The notes beneath the pieces are model-generated. The model was not told where the DNA came from, did no database searches, and worked only from the letters and a program-made list of their open reading frames with translations. A stretch of DNA of 64,000 bases from an uncultured Acidobacteriaceae bacterium (GTDB lineage: Bacteria > Acidobacteriota > Terriglobia > Terriglobales > Acidobacteriaceae): the NCBI GenBank assembly GCA_963796085.1, contig CAWCKF010000003.1:126951-190950 (forward strand). Direction: 5' to 3'. Below are positions 20,152 through 30,564 of the stretch, piece by piece; the stretch's first letter is position 1; the number at the start of each line of letters is the position of its first letter. Position numbers and translations under genes: made by a program.

Positions 20152-23100
20152 TCAGAACTCAATCCTGGCCTGAAATGCAATCATGCGCGGCGAACTGTCT
20201 CCGCCCAGGCCCACGCCGAGCAGCCCCGTCGGCGGCGAGACGGTGCTTTCCAGCGTGCCGAATTTTGCCGGAATATACACTCCGGGCACTCCCGCCTCCA
20301 CATTGCTGGGCAAGGCAAAATTCGGGTGATTGAACGCATTGAAAAACTGCGTATCGAAGCGCAACGAAACCGCTTTGGTAAGGGGAAACTTTTTCGTCAC
20401 ATAGATGTCCGAGTAAGTAAAGTGCGGTCCGCGCACCGTATTGCGCCCCGAATCTCCGAATTGGCAATTGGAGACCGAATCGCCTCCCGTGCAGGCGCCC
20501 GTGGTCGGATCGACCACCGAGACAAAAGCCTCCGGATTCAGCCACTGCCTGGTCCCCGCCACGGTAACTCCGGAGTATGGAGTCTTCCGGTATAGCGGCA
20601 CGCCCGGAACTCTGCGGGCAAACTGCGGCCCGCTGGCTTGAAAGACTCCGTTGCCGTTTGCCGTGTAAGGCTGACTGAGCACGGTGAACGGAAGCCCGCT
20701 ATGAAAGAATGCCGTCTCGGAAAACGACCAGCCGCCTAACATCGCCCGCAGAAGCGCGTGAGAAGACGTGAACGGTATCTGGTAGATTCCGAAGGCCGAG
20801 ATGTTATGCCGCACGTCATAGTCGCAATCTCCATACTGGCGGCTGAGTTCGCCCGGCAGCGGCGAAAGAATTCCCTGCGTGGAAAACGAGAGCAGTCCTC
20901 CATTCGACACCTCATCCAGGCAATGGCTGAAGGTGTAGTTACCGCGCAGAGTCAGACCGCCGATCTGCTCGGTGATATTGGTCTGCAAGCCGGAATAACT
21001 GCTGTTGGCGCCGGTTTGAAATTCGTTGACGCTGCCGAATCTTTGATCGAGCGGCTTCTGGTAGGGATAAGGCGCAAAGCATCCGTCGCAGACCGTCTGG
21101 TAGCCGTTCAACTCCACTTGGTACGGCTCATGGACGCCGCGCGTGCCAACATAGTCGGCTCGCGCCGCGCCGTGCGTCCCCGTCTTCTCTTCAATCCCGA
21201 AGTTATATTGGTAGTAGTAGGGCGTTTTGAGCGTGCCGCTGGGAAAGGTATTCATGCTTACCGCCAGGGGACAAGTTGGCGCGCCCGCGGCAATGCCTGC
21301 GCATGGCGCCGCGCCCGCGCTGAAAACCGCATTGAAAGCTCTGCTCGGCGTTGCCGGTTGCATCCACCGCGCTGCCGCTTACATTCGGCGCAATCCCCAC
21401 GCCGCCCACCTGGCCGCCGATGCCGCCCACAAAGGTTGGCGCGTAAGGAGCATTGGTCGCGGCCAGGTCGGCAATCTGCGCGGGAATAATGTCGTTGAAG
21501 ACGCCGAACCCGGCATGCACCACTGTCCCGCGAGCTGACTTCGTAGGCCGCGGCGACGCGCGGCTGCCACACCAGCAGCGGCGTCGCCGGAAACAGATCC
21601 GCGAACCCCGGTTTGGATAACCTGATCGAGAGGCTGGCCGATGTTGGTGGGAGAGATCGAGAAACGATCCTGCCGGGCGCGCAAACAAGCCGTTGCTGAT
21701 TGACGGGATTGGTATTCCAGGTCGTCCGCACCCCGGCGGTCAGTGTGGTGCGCGCCGCGGGCTTGTAGGTATCCATCGCATAGAGATCCAGATTACCCGC
21801 CGCCACCCGCTCCTTCAGCGAAACGGGAAATGTCTGGCTGGCCGTGTAGGCCGCGCCATAAGTGAACTGGGCAAGATCGTTATAGATGACGGTAGGTACG
21901 ATTCCCTCGCCCAGATCGTAGTCGCTCACGTCGATGCGCCGCGTATTGATGCCGAACTTGTAGGTATTTTTCTCCCGCGTCCAGATCAGGTTGTCGTTGA
22001 TCTGCCACTGGGTCACCTTACGCCCCTGGGGATAGGTATTGTCATTGCCGCCTATGGTTGTGAACGGCGCGTTGTTGCTGCCCGCCGCCAGCACAATGGG
22101 AAAGGTCTTGCCGCACCTTGGCAAAGTTATTCGGCTCAAAGATGCTGCAATACCAGCTCGCGCCGGGATTGAACTGATTGACGAGATTCGGACTGAAGAT
22201 ATGCGTATAGCCGGCAACCAGCGTCCGCTGCGGCTGCGGAGAGTACGAGTTGAAGATGGAGTTGATGGGATCGGTATAGGCAGCCTGCAATCCCGTGTCC
22301 TGCTGGAAGCGGTACCAGACGCTGTTGTTTCGATCGATGGTGTGGTCGATCTTTACCACCATAAGATTCTCGCTGTCGCTGTTGGTCAGCGACACCTGCC
22401 TCTGGTTCGCGCAGCCGCTTCCATTGAAGAGGTTGCCGCTTGTCTGCGTGCCGGGCAGCAGAGCGCCGCTCGCGTCCAGCGGGCAGGAACTCACCGGCAC
22501 CGGCGTTCCGGCCGTATTGCTGTAGAGATTGAACATCGACTGGTAGAACGCAATCTCCCCCGGCTGGGCCGGCAGCGCGGTTCCCGTAATCGGGTCTGTG
22601 CCGCCCACAGCCAGTTGGCCCAGCACATAATGCTGATAGGCGGGCGTAGGGACGACGGCCTGCGAAACCAGACGGCAGCGCAATCCGGATTCCCTCATAG
22701 TGGGCAAAGAAGAACAGCTTGTCTTTGCCGGATGGGTCCGCCCACGCTCACGCCGAACTCATTCACCGTGGAGCGCGGCTTTTTGGCGATGCTGCCGGCC
22801 GTGTCGTTGGCGTGAAGAAAGTAGTTCTCCGCATTCAACAGGGAGCCATTCCATAACTCGTAAAGTCGCCGTGAAATTTGTTGGTTCCGGACTTGGTGAA
22901 GTAATTCACCTGCGACGCGCCATATCTTCCCTGATCGACGGAGTAGGAATTCGTATTGACGGTCGCCTCCTCCACCGCATCCAGGCCAATCACCAGGTTC
23001 GTCGATAACCCGATATTCAGTCCCAGCCACGGATCGTTGCTGTCGTATCCGTCCAATATGTAGCCGTTCGAGGTTGCGGGAAGGCCGTTGAATTCCACGT

Positions 23101-23661
23101 TTCCGTAGCCGCCGGCAGCTTTTGCGTCGTTCGATGAGCCGGCCGTATTCATCAGCGCTCCCGGCGCGAACTGAGTTATATAGGTCAGGTCCTGTCCGGG
23201 GTTGGGAAGGCTGGCGATCGTCTTGGCTTCCAGCGTGGTGGTGGTATTCGGGTTCTCCAGGCTGAGCATCGCCTGTTGCGCCGTCACTTCCACGCTCTGC
23301 GACGTCGAGGACAAGGACAGAGTCAAGTTCAACGTCACCGTGCGCCCCACTTCAACGGCAACCGGCGGCGAAGTCTGCTCCGCAAACCCGTTTGCCCTCA
23401 CCGTCACCGTATAGGTGCCCGGATTCACCTGCGAAAACAGAAACCGCCCGTCTGCCGTTGGTTTGCCCGGCACGGATGGCCTTGGTATCCACATTGGTTG
23501 CCGTAACTGCGGCATTGGGCAGCGCCGCGCCGGTCGCATCCGTCACCGTCCCTGAGATGGCGCTCGATGTGCCGCTTTGCCCTGCTAGATAACTGCGAGT
23601 TAACTATAGTTAAGAGGAGAAAACAGAGAGAGATATACCAGATCGTTCGCGTTGATATCAT
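20152..23661 (-). CDS. TonB-dependent receptor (Oar-like, carboxypeptidase-regulatory N-domain), several frameshifts
   Basis: Signal peptide, [11 protein letters not shown], plug motifs ([17 protein letters not shown]), [11 protein letters not shown]-terminal ARIEF; GGAGG RBS. Confidence 0.88.
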
Positions 23662-23689
23662 GCGTAACCTCCGTGGGGAAATGAGGGGT

Positions 23690-25023
23690 TCAGCGGCCCA
23701 TTGCGGTTTGGATCAGCAGCCAGGCATTCAGCCCGGCAATGAGCGCCGCCGTGAACCAGGCCAGCCCTTGCAGCCAGCGCCCGTTCACAAACTCGCCCAT
23801 CTTCTTGCGGCTGCCGGTAAAGATCACCAGCGGCACCACGGCAAAGCTCAGTTGCAGCGACAAGAATCACCTGGCTCAGGATGAGCAGCTTTTCCGTGCC
23901 CTGCTCGCCGGTGATCGCGACCACGATGATGGTGGGAATGATGGCCAGCGAGCGCGTGATCAGCCGGCGCAGCCAGGGCGAGACTTGAGGTGGATGAAGC
24001 CCTCCATCACCACCTGCCCGGCCAGCGTGCCGGTGATCGAGGAGTTCTGCCCGCTGGCCAGCAGCGCAATGGCAAACAGCGTGCTCGCCCCCGCCGCGCC
24101 CAGCAGCGGGCTGAGCAGCTTGTAGGCGTCCTGAATGGCCGCAACCTCGAAGAGGCCGCTGCGATTGAAGACCGCCGCCGCCACGATGAGAATGGCCGCG
24201 TTCACAAACAGCGCCACGGTCAGCGCCAGCGCGGAGTCGATGTTGGCCATGAAGATGGCCTCGCGCTTGCCCTGCGGCGTGCGCTTGTAGCTGCGGCTCT
24301 GCACGATCGAGGAGTGCAGGTAGAGGTTGTGCGGCATCACCGTCGCGCCCAGAATGCCGATGGCGATGTAGAGCATGGCGGGGTTGGTGACGATGGAGGG
24401 CGAGGGGATGAAAAGATTGCGCAACACCGGCCAGTACTCCGGCCTGGAGAGAAACATCTGCACGCCGAACATGCGCGATGATGGTCCCGATCAGCGTAAT
24501 CACCAGCGCCTCCACGTAGCGGAAGCCCCAGCGCTGGATCACGAGAATCAGCAGCACGTCCAGGCCGGTGATCAGCACGCCGTAGAAGAGCGGAATGTGA
24601 AACAGCAGGTTCAGCGCAATGGCCGAGCCGATCACCTCGGCCAGGTCGCAGGCCGCAATGGCGATCTCCGCGCCCACCCACAGCGCAAAGCTCACCCAGC
24701 GCCCATAGCTCTCGTGGCAAAGCTGCGCCAGGTCCCGCTCCGTGGCCACGCCCAGCTTCAGGCTCAGGCTCTGCAGCAGAATCGCCATCAGGTTCGACGC
24801 CATGATGACGAACAGCAGCGTATAGCCGAAGCGCGAGCCGCCGGCGATGTCGGTGGCCCAGTTGCCGGGGTCCATGTAGCCCACCGAGATCAGAAATCCC
24901 GGGCCCGAGAAACCCCAGCAGCCGCCGCCAGTCAATCGGCGAGCGGGAGATGCGCACGCTCGAATGCACCTCCGGCAAGGAGGGCTCGGTGGGCCTGGCG
25001 GGACATGTGGAGATCGTGGCCAT
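23690..25023 (-). CDS. mntH: Nramp-family Mn2+/divalent metal transporter, frameshifted
   Basis: [40 protein letters not shown]; reconstructed frame stops at 23690. Confidence 0.93.
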
Positions 25024-25078
25024 GGATGCTACGGGGGCGAGCGGCAGGGATCACTCAACCTAAGTATGCCACAACTGT

Positions 25079-25092
25079 TTAATCATGATTAA
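25079..25092. promoter_or_regulatory. Perfect 14-bp palindrome upstream of mntH, candidate metalloregulator operator
   Basis: TTAATCATGATTAA in the AT-rich spacer between mntR and mntH. Confidence 0.45.
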
Positions 25093-25111
25093 TGAATATT
25101 CTTATGTTGAA

Positions 25112-25783
25112 TTACTGTGAATGCTCCGGCCGCAGCCAGACCGCCTCCGCCGCCGGCTTCCCAGAATGCGAATTTCCTGTAGACATCTCAATCGAAACGG
25201 TTTGATCGTAGTTCTGGCTCACCACGCGCAGGCTCCGGCCGGGGCCGATGCCGGTGCGGTGCAGAAACAGGAGCAGCTTGGGGTCGCGCTCCTGCAGGCT
25301 GACGACGGTGTAGCGCCGGCCCTCGGGAGCCTCGGAGAGCGGCATCTCGCCGCGCTGCTTGCGCTGCGCCGGGCTCTCCGGCAGCACCGCGTTGCCGTGC
25401 GGACAGGCGCCGCCCTCGCCCAGCTTTTCCCTCAGCTTGGCCTCGAAAGCCGGGGAAACGGCGTGCTCCAGCCGCTCCGCCTCTTCGTGGATCTCGTGCC
25501 ACTCCATGCCGAAGACCTCGCTCAGCATGCGTTCGATGAGGTGGTGGCGCAGCGCCGTCCGGTAAGCGGTCTCGCGCCCCGCCGCGGTCAGCCGCACAAT
25601 GCCGTCCGCGCCCACTTCTACGAAGCCGTCGCGCTTCAGCCGCTTCAGCGCCATGGTCACCGCCGGCGCCGACACCTCAAGCCAATGCGCCAGCACGGCC
25701 GGAATCACCTCGCGCCCCTCGGCCTCGGCCTCCAGAATGGCCTTCAGGTAATTTTCTTTCGAGACGTAGATGGAGTCTCTCAT
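25112..25783 (-). CDS. mntR: DtxR/MntR-family metal-dependent regulator with FeoA-like C-domain
   Basis: ENYLKAI, RHHLIERML, HEEAERLEH, CPHGN. Confidence 0.88.
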   Translation of the reverse strand: MRDSIYVSKENYLKAILEAEAEGREVIPAVLAHWLEVSAPAVTMALKRLKRDGFVEVGADGIVRLTAAGRETAYRTALRHHLIERMLSEVFGMEWHEIHEEAERLEHAVSPAFEAKLREKLGEGGACPHGNAVLPESPAQRKQRGEMPLSEAPEGRRYTVVSLQERDPKLLLFLHRTGIGPGRSLRVVSQNYDQTVSIEMSTGNSHSGKPAAEAVWLRPEHSQ

Positions 25784-25955
25784 CGCGGTAGTGCATTCAG
25801 TCTATACGGAAAAAGCAGCTTCCAGCCGGGGCAGTGGCCTGTCTTACATGCGTCAGTCATTTGTCTTACGCTGGCAAGACCAGTAAGACAGAGCCGGTTT
25901 GATCCTCCATTCCGTCTCACATGCTGCCTTACCACCTCCGGGTAACTTCCGGAGT

Positions 25956-26327
25956 TCAATCCGCCGGCAGCGGCTGCCACAGTTCCACACGGTTGCCTTC
26001 CGGGTCCCAGATCCAGGCAAAACGGCCATAGGCGTACTCCTCGCGGCGGGGGTCGATGCGCACCCCGGCAGCAGCCAACTGGGCCAGTAGTTGATCCAGA
26101 TCGTCCACGCGGAAGTTGACCATGCATGGCTGGGGGCCGTCGCCGAAGTAGGGCGAGTCGAGGGGAAAGTGGGCAAAGACGGTCATACCGGCTGACCCGG
26201 GCCCATCGAAGGCCAGAGACCCTCCCTCCTGCTCCGGGATGCCGAGATGGGCGGCATACCAGGCAGAGAGGGCCTGGGGATCCCGGGCCTTGAGAAAGAC
26301 GCCGCCTACGCCAATGGCTTTGGCCAT
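25956..26327 (-). CDS. VOC/glyoxalase family protein
   Basis: GVGGVF...NFRVDDLD...GRFAWIWDPEGNRVELWQP. Confidence 0.88.
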   Translation of the reverse strand: MAKAIGVGGVFLKARDPQALSAWYAAHLGIPEQEGGSLAFDGPGSAGMTVFAHFPLDSPYFGDGPQPCMVNFRVDDLDQLLAQLAAAGVRIDPRREEYAYGRFAWIWDPEGNRVELWQPLPAD

Positions 26328-26329
26328 GG

Positions 26330-26506
26330 CTACTCCTGCTCTGCCTGCCGGATGATCTCCTCCAGCCGGGGTTTGTGCTTGGCCTCGCGGCCGGTGCGCG
26401 GCCCGGTATCGACGACGCGCGAAGGTTTGGGCTGGCCGACGCGCTCGCGGGCCTTGGCCTTGACCGCCTTGGTGGCCGAAAATTTGCCCGGCTTGCGTTT
26501 CGTCAT
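26330..26506 (-). CDS. Small basic hypothetical protein
   Basis: MTKRKPGKFSATKAVKAKARERVGQP; stop lies 2 nt before the VOC start. Confidence 0.6.
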   Translation of the reverse strand: MTKRKPGKFSATKAVKAKARERVGQPKPSRVVDTGPRTGREAKHKPRLEEIIRQAEQE

Positions 26507-26618
26507 GGCAAGGATGAGTATGGAATAAATTGAGCCGGAGTGGAAGAGCCCCGGGGTCCCCGCGTCCGCCGCGGCGGATTTGTCCGTGGGGTGGTGAGCT
26601 CCGGCCGCGTGGAGAGCC

Positions 26619-26897
26619 ATGGAAGAGCGCGAGTTTTTCAACGAAACCACGGAACTGCGCACGCACACCCTCATCTGCCCCAAATGCGGGCAGGAGGGCG
26701 AGTACAAGGTCACCTGGGTAGTGCGGCGCAAGCGGACGCAACTGCCTCGCGGGGCCGACGAGCGCGACCGCGCCCGCTTCGCCAAGGCGCAGTCGTACAT
26801 GGTGCGCCGCGACGACAAGCTGGCCTGCGCCAACATCCGCTGCCGCAAGGCATTCGAGATCACCTCGTTGCAGTCGCTGGCGTTTTTGTCGGAGTGA
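26619..26897 (+). CDS. Zinc-ribbon-like hypothetical protein
   Basis: CPKC...CANIRC; GGAGAG RBS; host-like codon usage. Confidence 0.75.
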   Translation: MEEREFFNETTELRTHTLICPKCGQEGEYKVTWVVRRKRTQLPRGADERDRARFAKAQSYMVRRDDKLACANIRCRKAFEITSLQSLAFLSE

Positions 26898-26945
26898 GCG
26901 GGAGGGCGCGCCGGCGGTTCCTCCCGGCAATAGAGGGGTTTAGTC

Positions 26946-27941
26946 ATGAATGTCATCAAGCTGATAACGATCGCAGTTGCCCTTTCGGTATCGACGCCGT
27001 ACTGCAGGCCACAGTGCAGCGATGAGACCCACGGCAAGAGAGACAATATTCTGGAGATTGTGCCCACCGACGGGCTGGGGAGCGTGTTAGACCAGGGTTT
27101 CTATGTGAAGGAGTTCGTCGATCTGCGATCCAATATCGATCGAGCCGGATGGTTCGGTGTCGACCCAAAATATCCCGATCCGAGATTCCCCCTTACAGCT
27201 AAGCATATGCCATACGGAAGATATCGGATCGAGTTGCAATCGAGGTCCAACTCGGATGTATTCGGACGCGTGATCGATTACTGCCAGAAGAATGAGACGC
27301 TAGGGGCCCCTAACCATTTTGCGCGGGTAGAGGTCCCTAACCATTTTGCACGGGTGCATATTGTTCTTTTGGATGAATCCCTCGGTTCGGTAAAAGCAGC
27401 CGACCCCGGCGAGGTCAGGCATATACAGTTTACGAATAACAGCGACAAGACAGAGATGGCCAGCCTGTTCAAAGGTACTGTCGCGGAGCAGGTTCCCTAC
27501 GGTCATTACCATCTCGAGTTCAACACTTCCTTCGGCTACATCATCCGTGAAGTGGATGTTTTGCAGCCGGATGTTTGGGTTTTTTCGGGTATGATGTCAT
27601 TCGCTTACGGGGATTTCCCAGTCTCTCGTGGCCCGCAAAATGTCGTACACGGGGAGCTTAGGAACATTCCCGCCAATGAGAGGCCTGTTTTCCTGACAAT
27701 GTCGGGAGTGAATGTCCCTTACATGATCGACAGCGCCGTAACGGATACGGGCGGCGGAAACGGCACGTTCAGCTTCCTAGGTGTGAATCCCTTCGGCGTC
27801 TATATGTTATACACGATCGGAAAGTCGGGAATCCTTGATGCGCGAGAGATCAATATACGGCAGGATTCCCAAATGCCGCGGGAACCCGAAATTATCATCG
27901 ATCTATCGCACCCAAGCCCCCCGAAGATCGACGTGCCGTAA
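26946..27941 (+). CDS. Secreted hypothetical protein, lower GC, possible orphan immunity protein
   Basis: 331-aa open frame with signal peptide, two PYGxY-containing repeats, and an RHS fragment immediately downstream. Confidence 0.65.
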   Translation: MNVIKLITIAVALSVSTPYCRPQCSDETHGKRDNILEIVPTDGLGSVLDQGFYVKEFVDLRSNIDRAGWFGVDPKYPDPRFPLTAKHMPYGRYRIELQSRSNSDVFGRVIDYCQKNETLGAPNHFARVEVPNHFARVHIVLLDESLGSVKAADPGEVRHIQFTNNSDKTEMASLFKGTVAEQVPYGHYHLEFNTSFGYIIREVDVLQPDVWVFSGMMSFAYGDFPVSRGPQNVVHGELRNIPANERPVFLTMSGVNVPYMIDSAVTDTGGGNGTFSFLGVNPFGVYMLYTIGKSGILDAREINIRQDSQMPREPEIIIDLSHPSPPKIDVP

Positions 27942-27944
27942 GAA

Positions 27945-28031
27945 GACAATTTGGCGCGCTACTACAGCAGAGCGATGGGCCGGTTCTTAAGTCAAGATTG
28001 GGCATCTGATCCCACTGCGGTTCCGTATGCA
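27945..28031 (+). pseudogene. RHS-associated core remnant
   Basis: DNLARYYSRAMGRFLSQDWASDPTAVPYA matches the RHS core motif (ARYY...GRFxSxD); truncated before the PxxxxDPxG end. Confidence 0.75.
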
Positions 28032-28105
28032 CTGAAACGGTTCTTCCCCCATCCCGCACACCCCCGGAGGCAGGCGTGCCCAGCCTCGTCGTTCGAGGAG
28101 AACCC

Positions 28106-28801
28106 ATGCACATTCCAGCCCGTTTCCTGTTTCCGCTCCGCCGCGCGGCCGTTCTGCTGGCCCTCATGGCCCTGGCATGGGGTGCGCAGCTTGTGGCCTG
28201 CCACCAGCAGAGCGCCACGCCGGTCCTGGCCGCGGAACTGAAGCCCATTGAGTTGCCCCAGCCGCAGATCACCGCCGGCATGCCCCTGATGCAGGCATTG
28301 GCCCAGCGCAAAACCACGCGCGCCTTTCAGGACCAGCCGCTCCCCCTGCAAACCCTCTCCAATCTGCTGTGGGCGGCCTTCGGCGTCAACCGGCCGCGCC
28401 AGGTGAAGCCGGGACTGGGGCGCACGGCGCCCTCGGCCATGAACAGCCAGGACATCGAACTCGACGTGGTGCTGGCGGAGGGAGTTTACGTCTATGAGGC
28501 GGAGGCAAACCGCCTGCGCCCGCTTCTGGCCGGCGATATGCGCGCCAAAATGGGCGCGCCTCCCGCCGGGCAGGCGGCCGTGACCATCGTCTACGTGGCT
28601 CCCGTCAAGGACGATTACGCCCAGGTGGATGTGGGCTTCATCGGCCAGAACGTGTATCTGTTTGCCGCTTCCGAAGGGCTGAACGCCTGGTTCTACGCCC
28701 TCCACGGGCAGCAGGATGCAACCGAGGTTGCGGCGGCGCTGAAGCTGCCCGCGGAAAAACGCGCTCTCTACGCGCAATCGGTCGGCTATCCGCCCAGGTA
28801 G
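28106..28801 (+). CDS. Nitroreductase-family (SagB-like) protein with signal peptide
   Basis: ALAQRKTTRAF, LLWAAFGVNR, RTAPSAMN, QNVYLFAASEGL, QSVGYP. Confidence 0.88.
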   Translation: MHIPARFLFPLRRAAVLLALMALAWGAQLVACHQQSATPVLAAELKPIELPQPQITAGMPLMQALAQRKTTRAFQDQPLPLQTLSNLLWAAFGVNRPRQVKPGLGRTAPSAMNSQDIELDVVLAEGVYVYEAEANRLRPLLAGDMRAKMGAPPAGQAAVTIVYVAPVKDDYAQVDVGFIGQNVYLFAASEGLNAWFYALHGQQDATEVAAALKLPAEKRALYAQSVGYPPR

Positions 28802-28869
28802 GGCTTTGTCCACGGCCATACGCCAAATGCGCGAGGAGCAGAGGAGGGTGCTGGGCGGGCGGTTGTGAA

Positions 28870-28903
28870 TCCCACCCTTGAAAAAGCCAAGGGTGGGGCA
28901 CCC
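28870..28903 (-). repeat. REP-like family B element
   Basis: Reverse complement reads GGGTGCCCCACCCTTGG...CAAGGGTGGGA. Confidence 0.8.
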
Positions 28904-29052
28904 AGGCCGGCTTTGCAGGCGGCACAACAGGCAGAGCGTACCGCTGCTCTGGCGCTGGCCCCGCGGCCTGTGATTGAATCGAAAGTGTGAGCAGCCGGGC
29001 CGGGAAGCCGTCAAAAATTAACTCGGCCCGCCCAATGAACAGGAGAGAGAAG

Positions 29053-29331
29053 ATGGTAAATACTCTGCTTCCCCCCGAAGAACGCAATCTGACTCCCGAC
29101 CAGGTGGAGGCGCTGGACAGGCGGCGCGACCTGGGTCACACCCTGCTGGTCATCGCCGGGCAGTTTGCGGTCATTGCCACCATCCTGCTGCTGTGGGTAG
29201 GCCAGGACCTTACCTACTCGCCGGGCTGGGCGCATCCCATCTTTTATTACTTCGTCATCGTCCTGGCCCTCATCCTGGTCCTGGGCATCGCCGGTATCCT
29301 CTTGCGCCGGGGAACGCCGCGGGTAGACTGA
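29053..29331 (+). CDS. Two-TM hypothetical membrane protein
   Basis: AGGAG RBS, two hydrophobic segments, host-like codons. Confidence 0.7.
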   Translation: MVNTLLPPEERNLTPDQVEALDRRRDLGHTLLVIAGQFAVIATILLLWVGQDLTYSPGWAHPIFYYFVIVLALILVLGIAGILLRRGTPRVD

Positions 29332-29468
29332 GGCGGCTCCAGGATCTCCCGCGGAGCGCGTCTCCGCACCGGGCCATGCACGCAAATGTGAAATAGGCCT
29401 GGCGCGAACATGCACTGGCGCCATTTGTGTGCAAGAATGGCTTGCATAGACTCCCCAAGGGTCCCAAG

Positions 29469-30496
29469 ATGACGAACGAGGCGGAGAACCGCATCCCGCT
29501 CGCAGATCTGCTTGTCTTCCACCAGTTGACGCGCTCGCTTACCTCGAGCTTCGACCTGGATACCATACTGCGCACCATTCTCGAGCACATGGAGCGGATC
29601 ATGGAGGCGGAGCTGTGGACGCTGCTGATGCTGGACGATGCCAGCCAGGAACTTTACTACGCTATCGCCGCGGGCGGAGAGCAGGCGGCGCTGCGCGGCC
29701 TGCGCGTAAAGGTGGGCGAGGGCGTGGCCGGATGGGTGGCGCAGCACGGCGAGACGCTGATCGTTCCCGAAGCGGATCACGATCCGCGCTTGCGGGAGGA
29801 GGGCGCCGTCAAGCCGCAAGGTATGCGCTCGGTGATCGCCATGCCCCTGCGCGGGCGCAAAGGAACGCACGGCGTGATCGAGATCTTCAATCCCCGCGCC
29901 GACCAGATGACCGACTACACCATCGCCTTCCTGCACATTCTGGCCGATCACGCGGCCATCGCCATCGAAAATGCGCGCGACGTGGCTCGCATCCAGCAGT
30001 TGAGCATCACCGACGACTGCACCGGCCTCTACAACGCCCGCCATCTCTACGATGTGCTGGGCCGGGAACTGGAGCGGTGCCCGCCGCGAGCGCCTGCCGG
30101 TGAGCCTGGCCTTTCTTGATCTGGACCACTTCAAGCTGGTCAACGACGCGCACGGCCACCTGGTGGGCAGCGAACTGCTGGCCCGCACCGGGCAGCCGCC
30201 TGCAGGAGCTGAGCCGCAAGCAGGACTGGTGCTTCCGCTACGGCGGCGACGAGTTCGTCATGCTGATGCCGGAGACCGGCGACGAGGCCGCCCTGGCTCA
30301 GGCAAAAGAACTGAACCGGGCGCTGATGGAGACCCGTTTCCCCATGAAGAGCGGGCTCCGTCTGCGCGTGAGCGCCAGCGTGGGCCTGGCCACCGGACCC
30401 GCCGACGGCGCCACCGTCCACGCCATCATCGGCGCCGCCGATACCCGCATGTACGCGGTGAAGATCAATGGGCGGGGCTGGGTGAATGGGGCGTAG
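29469..30496 (+). CDS. GAF-GGDEF diguanylate cyclase, frameshifted
   Basis: GEGVAGWVA GAF motif, DDCTGLYN, DLDHFKLVNDAHGH, RYGGDEF. Confidence 0.9.
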
Positions 30497-30564
30497 ACCG
30501 GATTCTCAGGCAGCGATAAAGATAGAATCCGCAATTATCAAAAAACTTTAAACCGTTTTTTACC

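Noticed and set aside
23658-23661. ATGA coupling of mntH to the TonB receptor implied by the ORF track
   Set aside because: That ORF's C-terminus is out of frame; the real Nramp frame stops at 23690.
25826-25883. yybP-ykoY Mn riboswitch-like words (GGGGCAGTGGCC, CGTCA, GGCAAGACC)
   Set aside because: They are on the strand opposite mntR, and I could not build the four-way junction. A covariance-model scan is needed to exclude it formally.
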